NCBI GenBank assembly: GCA_964016885.1
Contig: CAXHJY010001301.1
Coordinates: forward strand, 1 to 64,000
Direction: 5' to 3'
DNA from: Eledone cirrhosa
Lineage: Eukaryota
Length of the DNA: 64,000 nt
Of this stretch, positions 60,023 to 64,000 are shown piece after piece. The notes under the pieces were generated by a model. That model made no database searches. It was not told where the DNA came from and was given only the letters and a program-made list of their open reading frames with translations. The translations under genes and the position numbers were made by a program. The first letter of the stretch is position 1. Each line of letters starts with the position of its first letter.

Positions 60023-60466
60023 TCATCATCATCGTTTAACGTCTATCTTCCACGCTAGCATGGGTTAGACAGGAGTTGTCCCACTTGAGGCAAAATCGGT
60101 GAGGTGACCGTGTCTCGCTCGTATAGGACTATCTGGCAGGTTTTCTACGGCTGGATGCCCTTCCTAACACCAACCACATTTACAGTGTGGACTGGGAGCT
60201 TTTTACAGTGTTACCTACACGGCCACATTACAGCGTGGACTGTGTTTTTTTGTCGTGACACCTACACAACCTCATAAGTTTGGATTGGATGTTGTGGTAC
60301 CAACAAAACTTTACAGAGAAAGGGTGGTGTTGGTGGGAGGATGGAGTAGGGGTAAGTGTTGGGGTGTATATTTGGTTAAGAGGTGCCTACTGACTGTAGG
60401 TTTCGCTTTGTACATAGGCAAGGTGGGTCTTCTGTATTACTGCGTGGCGCCAAAGATCTCGGTCCA
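60023..60466 (-). mobile_element. RTE family A 3' end
   Basis: Matches 25120-25585 (DRDLWRHAVIQKTHLAYVQSETYSQ* plus UTR). Confidence 0.88.
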
Positions 60467-60493
60467 TTATATATATATATATATATATATATA

Positions 60494-62288
60494 TCATCAT
60501 CATCATCATCATCACCGTTTTACGTCCGTTCTTCCATGCTAGCAGTGTCTGGTCGGCTGACCATGCCTTGCTCATACAGGAACTGATTTGGCTTGATTTC
60601 TACAGCTGGATGCCCTTTCTAACACCAACCTCATTTACAGTGAGTGCTGGGTGCTTTTTCGTGGTGCCTACACGTCCACTTTGCAGTGTGGGCTGGGTGC
60701 CTTTTTGTCATGGCACCTCCACGACCACCTTGCGGTGGGAGGGTGTGGGGGCATATTGTCTATATGCTTCAGCTTGTACCCATGGGAGGTCGGGTACTCT
60801 GTATTACTGCGTGACGCCAGAGGTCACGGTCGTGTGTCATTGCCTTTGAGAGGTGTAATTGGGTAAGGTTGGCTTTTATCACCTCATCCCAGGTCATCTT
60901 GGGTCTCCCCACTCCGCGGTTTCCATCGACTTCTAGTGCTCTGCACCTTTTTATGCAGCTGTCATCCTTCATACGCATCACATGTCCATACCAGCGCAAC
61001 CGCCTCTCCTGCACACAGCATTTGATTCCTCTTATGCTCAGTCTCTCTCTCAATTCATTTATGCTTTGTCATTCACGTATATTACTGTTACACATCCATC
61101 GGAGCATGCAGGCTTCGTTTCTCTCTAATCTACGTAAGTCTTCCACCTTCAGCGCCCAGGTCTCACTACCATGCAACATCGCTGTTCAGATACACGCATC
61201 ATACAGTCTGCCTTTCATTCTGAGGGAGAAGCCTTTTGCAGCTAGCAGTGGTAGTAGTTCCCTAAACTTCTTCCATCCCGTTCTTACCCTAGTTATTGTA
61301 CTTTCTGAACACCCACCTCCGCTGCTAATTCGGTCACCTAGGTAGCAGAAGCTGTCTACTGTTTCTACAGAGCCCTCCCAGAGATTGGTGGTACTTGTTT
61401 CCTGTGGCTGATTCCTGTGGCTGTTTGCTGCTTGCTGTCCCAGCACAGCTGCTGCATGTGAAGCCTACATTCTTAATTAAGCTTCTTGAGATCTCGCTAC
61501 ATCTCTTGTGTACCCATTGTTTGCATTTGGGGCAGAGAATGGAGTTCCTACCTACACCTTTCCTACATACTGAGCAAGGCCATTTCCCTGAGGGGATCTG
61601 GGTTCTGTTTTCTCGTCTACTTACAAGGACCTTAGTCTTTGTCACGTTGACTTTGAGACCCTTTCTTTCTAGTCCCTGCTTCCAAGTTTGGAATTTCTTC
61701 TCTAGTTCTACCATAGATTCAGCTATGAGTGCGAGGTCATCAGCGTACAGGACTTCACATGGGCATCCGGTCTTAAACTCTTCTGTTATTGCCTGCAGGA
61801 CTATGATGAACAGGAGAGGGCTAAGAACAGAGCCCTGGTGGACCCCAACCTGTACGCTAAATTCCTCGCTATACTCATTGCTAATCCTAACTTTGCTGAC
61901 TGCTCCCCTATACATGGCTTGTACCACTTTCACAAGCCATTCATCTACTCCTAGTTTTCTAAGAGCCCAGCAGATTACAGCACGTGGAACTCTGTCAAAG
62001 GCTTTCTCAAGGTCGACAAATGCCAAGTAGAGTGGCTTACTTTTAGCTAGGTACTGTTCCTGTAACTGCCTCACAAGGAAGAGGGCATCAGTGGTGCCTC
62101 TTCCTGGTACAAACCCAAATTGCATCTCGTCTATTTTCACCCAGTCCCTAATCAACTGTGCTATAACTCTTTCCGTTACTTTCATGACCTGATCCATCAG
62201 CTTTATACCTCTATAGTTTCCTCTATCTAGTGCATCGCCTTTACCTTTGTAACAGTTGACAATGATGCTACTGCACCAATCTTTTGGT
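60494..62288 (-). pseudogene. RTE family B copy, 5'-truncated, frameshifted
   Basis: Highly similar to ~27135-28930; ~13-bp duplication near 61400-61425 shifts the frame; ~40-bp deletion in the 3'UTR. Confidence 0.92.
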
Positions 62289-62694
62289 AAAAATGTGTGT
62301 GTGTGTATTCAGGGTAGATGTTTGGTAGTTCATATCCATGTATATGTGTGTGTGTATAGATATATATATATATATATTCAGGATAGTGAAAGCTTAGTTC
62401 ATAAGTAGGTATAGATGTGAAGTTGTGTGATGATATCTGTATTTTCTGGCTAGTTGGCTGAACAGTGAATCAGGTTGCGAGAAGGATGGGGATTTAGTTT
62501 CCTGAAGAAGACTAAATTGAATTTATCTGTTTAGTGGAAATATTATTCACCTAAATTACAACATGCATACATTTTAACATCCTGCAATAATTTAGGAGAA
62601 AATATAAAAAAGATGGGCTAGTTAGTTCAAATTCTTTACTACTTGGCAAATCATTGTAAAATTTACAGCAAACTAAATTAAACCTTTTAATGAG

Positions 62695-62800
62695 AGGCAG
62701 CAGTGTATTTCATTAGAACTATTCTTATGAAATACACTGCTGCCTATGATAATCAGTGTGTATTTCATAAGAATAGTTATAATGAAATACACTGCTGCCT
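62695..62800. repeat. Nested palindrome built from the MITE subterminal sequence
   Basis: aggcagcagtgtatttcat...atgaaatacactgctgcct; 62758-62800 is the reverse complement of 62695-62737 with 1 mismatch. Confidence 0.8.
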
Positions 62801-63659
62801 ATGGTAGAACTATTCTAATGTGGTGGTAAGAAACTCTCAGGAGAGCTGCAGAGAAGAAATCATCCCTCATGTACGTGCTACCTTAATGAAATACACTGCT
62901 GCCAATGATTTTCAAATAATTCATCAAAATAATGAATTTGGAAGGATTTAGTGATATGAAGTAAATAACTTTCTCATTATTAACCTTGTGCTGTAAGGTG
63001 GTGGATTGGCAGTATTAGTAGAGCATCGGACATAATTTGTAGTATTGTTACATCCCTTTAATTCCTCCGGAGGCTAGCTTTGCCTTTCATCCTTACGGTG
63101 ATTGATAAATTAAAGTATCAGTAACATAACGGGTCAATTTAATCGACTTTGTCCTCCCTCAAAAGTGTTGGCCATGTGCCTAAATCAAAAATAATTATTA
63201 ACCTGGTGCTTGACTTATGATATAACAAATGTCCTTATATATTTGGTAACATTTTTTTTCACTAATAAGCTTATGTTTGGAATATTACTTAATAAAAAGT
63301 TCTTACATAAATTATGATGGAAGGTTTTGATATAGGCATGAACACATTAAAATGAGCAGCTCTGTATCAGAACCAGGAGCAGTTTCAAGTACATTGGGAC
63401 CAAAAGCATTAATGTAGAAGCGTTTTTGTTGTTTAGCCACAGCTGAGATTGAGCAAAGTCGTTCCAGAGGTGTCTGAGTTGTGGGTTCAAATGTAGAAGT
63501 TGGTTAAGTCTACAAGGTGGACACTGATATATCTACATCATCATCACCCCACCATCATCACCTCCACCGTGATTGTCATCACCACCACCACACCATGATC
63601 CGTCATTGTCACCACCACCGTGATTGTCATTGCCATCATCACTATCACCACCACTACCA

Positions 63660-64000
63660 TGATCGTCATTGTCATGTCTGCTTCTCCATGTTAGCATGGG
63701 CTGGATGATTTTTCTCCAAAATAGCTTCGCTTCTTGCTACTAGCTGCTTTCTTTTATTATCTCCTTTGTGAGGTTCAGTATTTTGAGATGATCTCTCATT
63801 GTTTCTGTCCATTGCTTCCTTGCTTTCTTTTGTCGTCTCCTTTGTCTGGTTTAGTATCTTAACATGACCTCTCATTGCTTTTATCTATGGCATCTTTGGT
63901 CTTCTGCTTTTACAGCTTCCTTCTACGTGGAACTCCTGGCACTTCTTTACCCAACTCTCACTATCCATACACATTAATTGTTTATACCAGCACAGATTTA
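63660..64000 (-). mobile_element. Old RTE 3' fragment followed by a CAC/CAT-rich repeat (~63535-63670)
   Basis: Minus strand reads MDSESWVKKCQEFHVEGSCKSRRPK; cccatgctaacatggagaagcagac tail. Confidence 0.65.

Overview
AT-rich, repeat-dominated animal DNA. The repeat families (RTE LINEs with (GAT)n tails, tRNA-derived SINEs, very long TA/CA arrays) suggest a coleoid cephalopod, probably Octopus; this is an inference. No host protein-coding gene could be assembled. The long Y/I/M/V-rich ORFs at 1-8.8 kb are translations of an ~8.6-kb (TA)n/TATG array. Real coding sequence comes from mobile elements: three long 5'-truncated RTE LINEs (one with an uninterrupted ~636-codon RT frame carrying an in-RT PHD-like finger), a CR1-like 3' fragment, an R4/Dong-like RLE fragment sitting in a (TATG)n array, and an internally deleted Hsmar2-like mariner. 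Non-coding elements include a non-autonomous Helitron, TTAA-flanked MITEs and several SINE families. The most notable structure is a set of three clear (plus one degraded) foldback elements whose outward-pointing ends carry minimal type I hammerhead-ribozyme motifs followed by AATAAA, the signature of Penelope-like pseudo-LTRs. Two of these lie side by side directly upstream of a CpG-rich candidate promoter/first exon at ~43.2-43.4 kb. All calls are by eye; no searches or folding programs were run.
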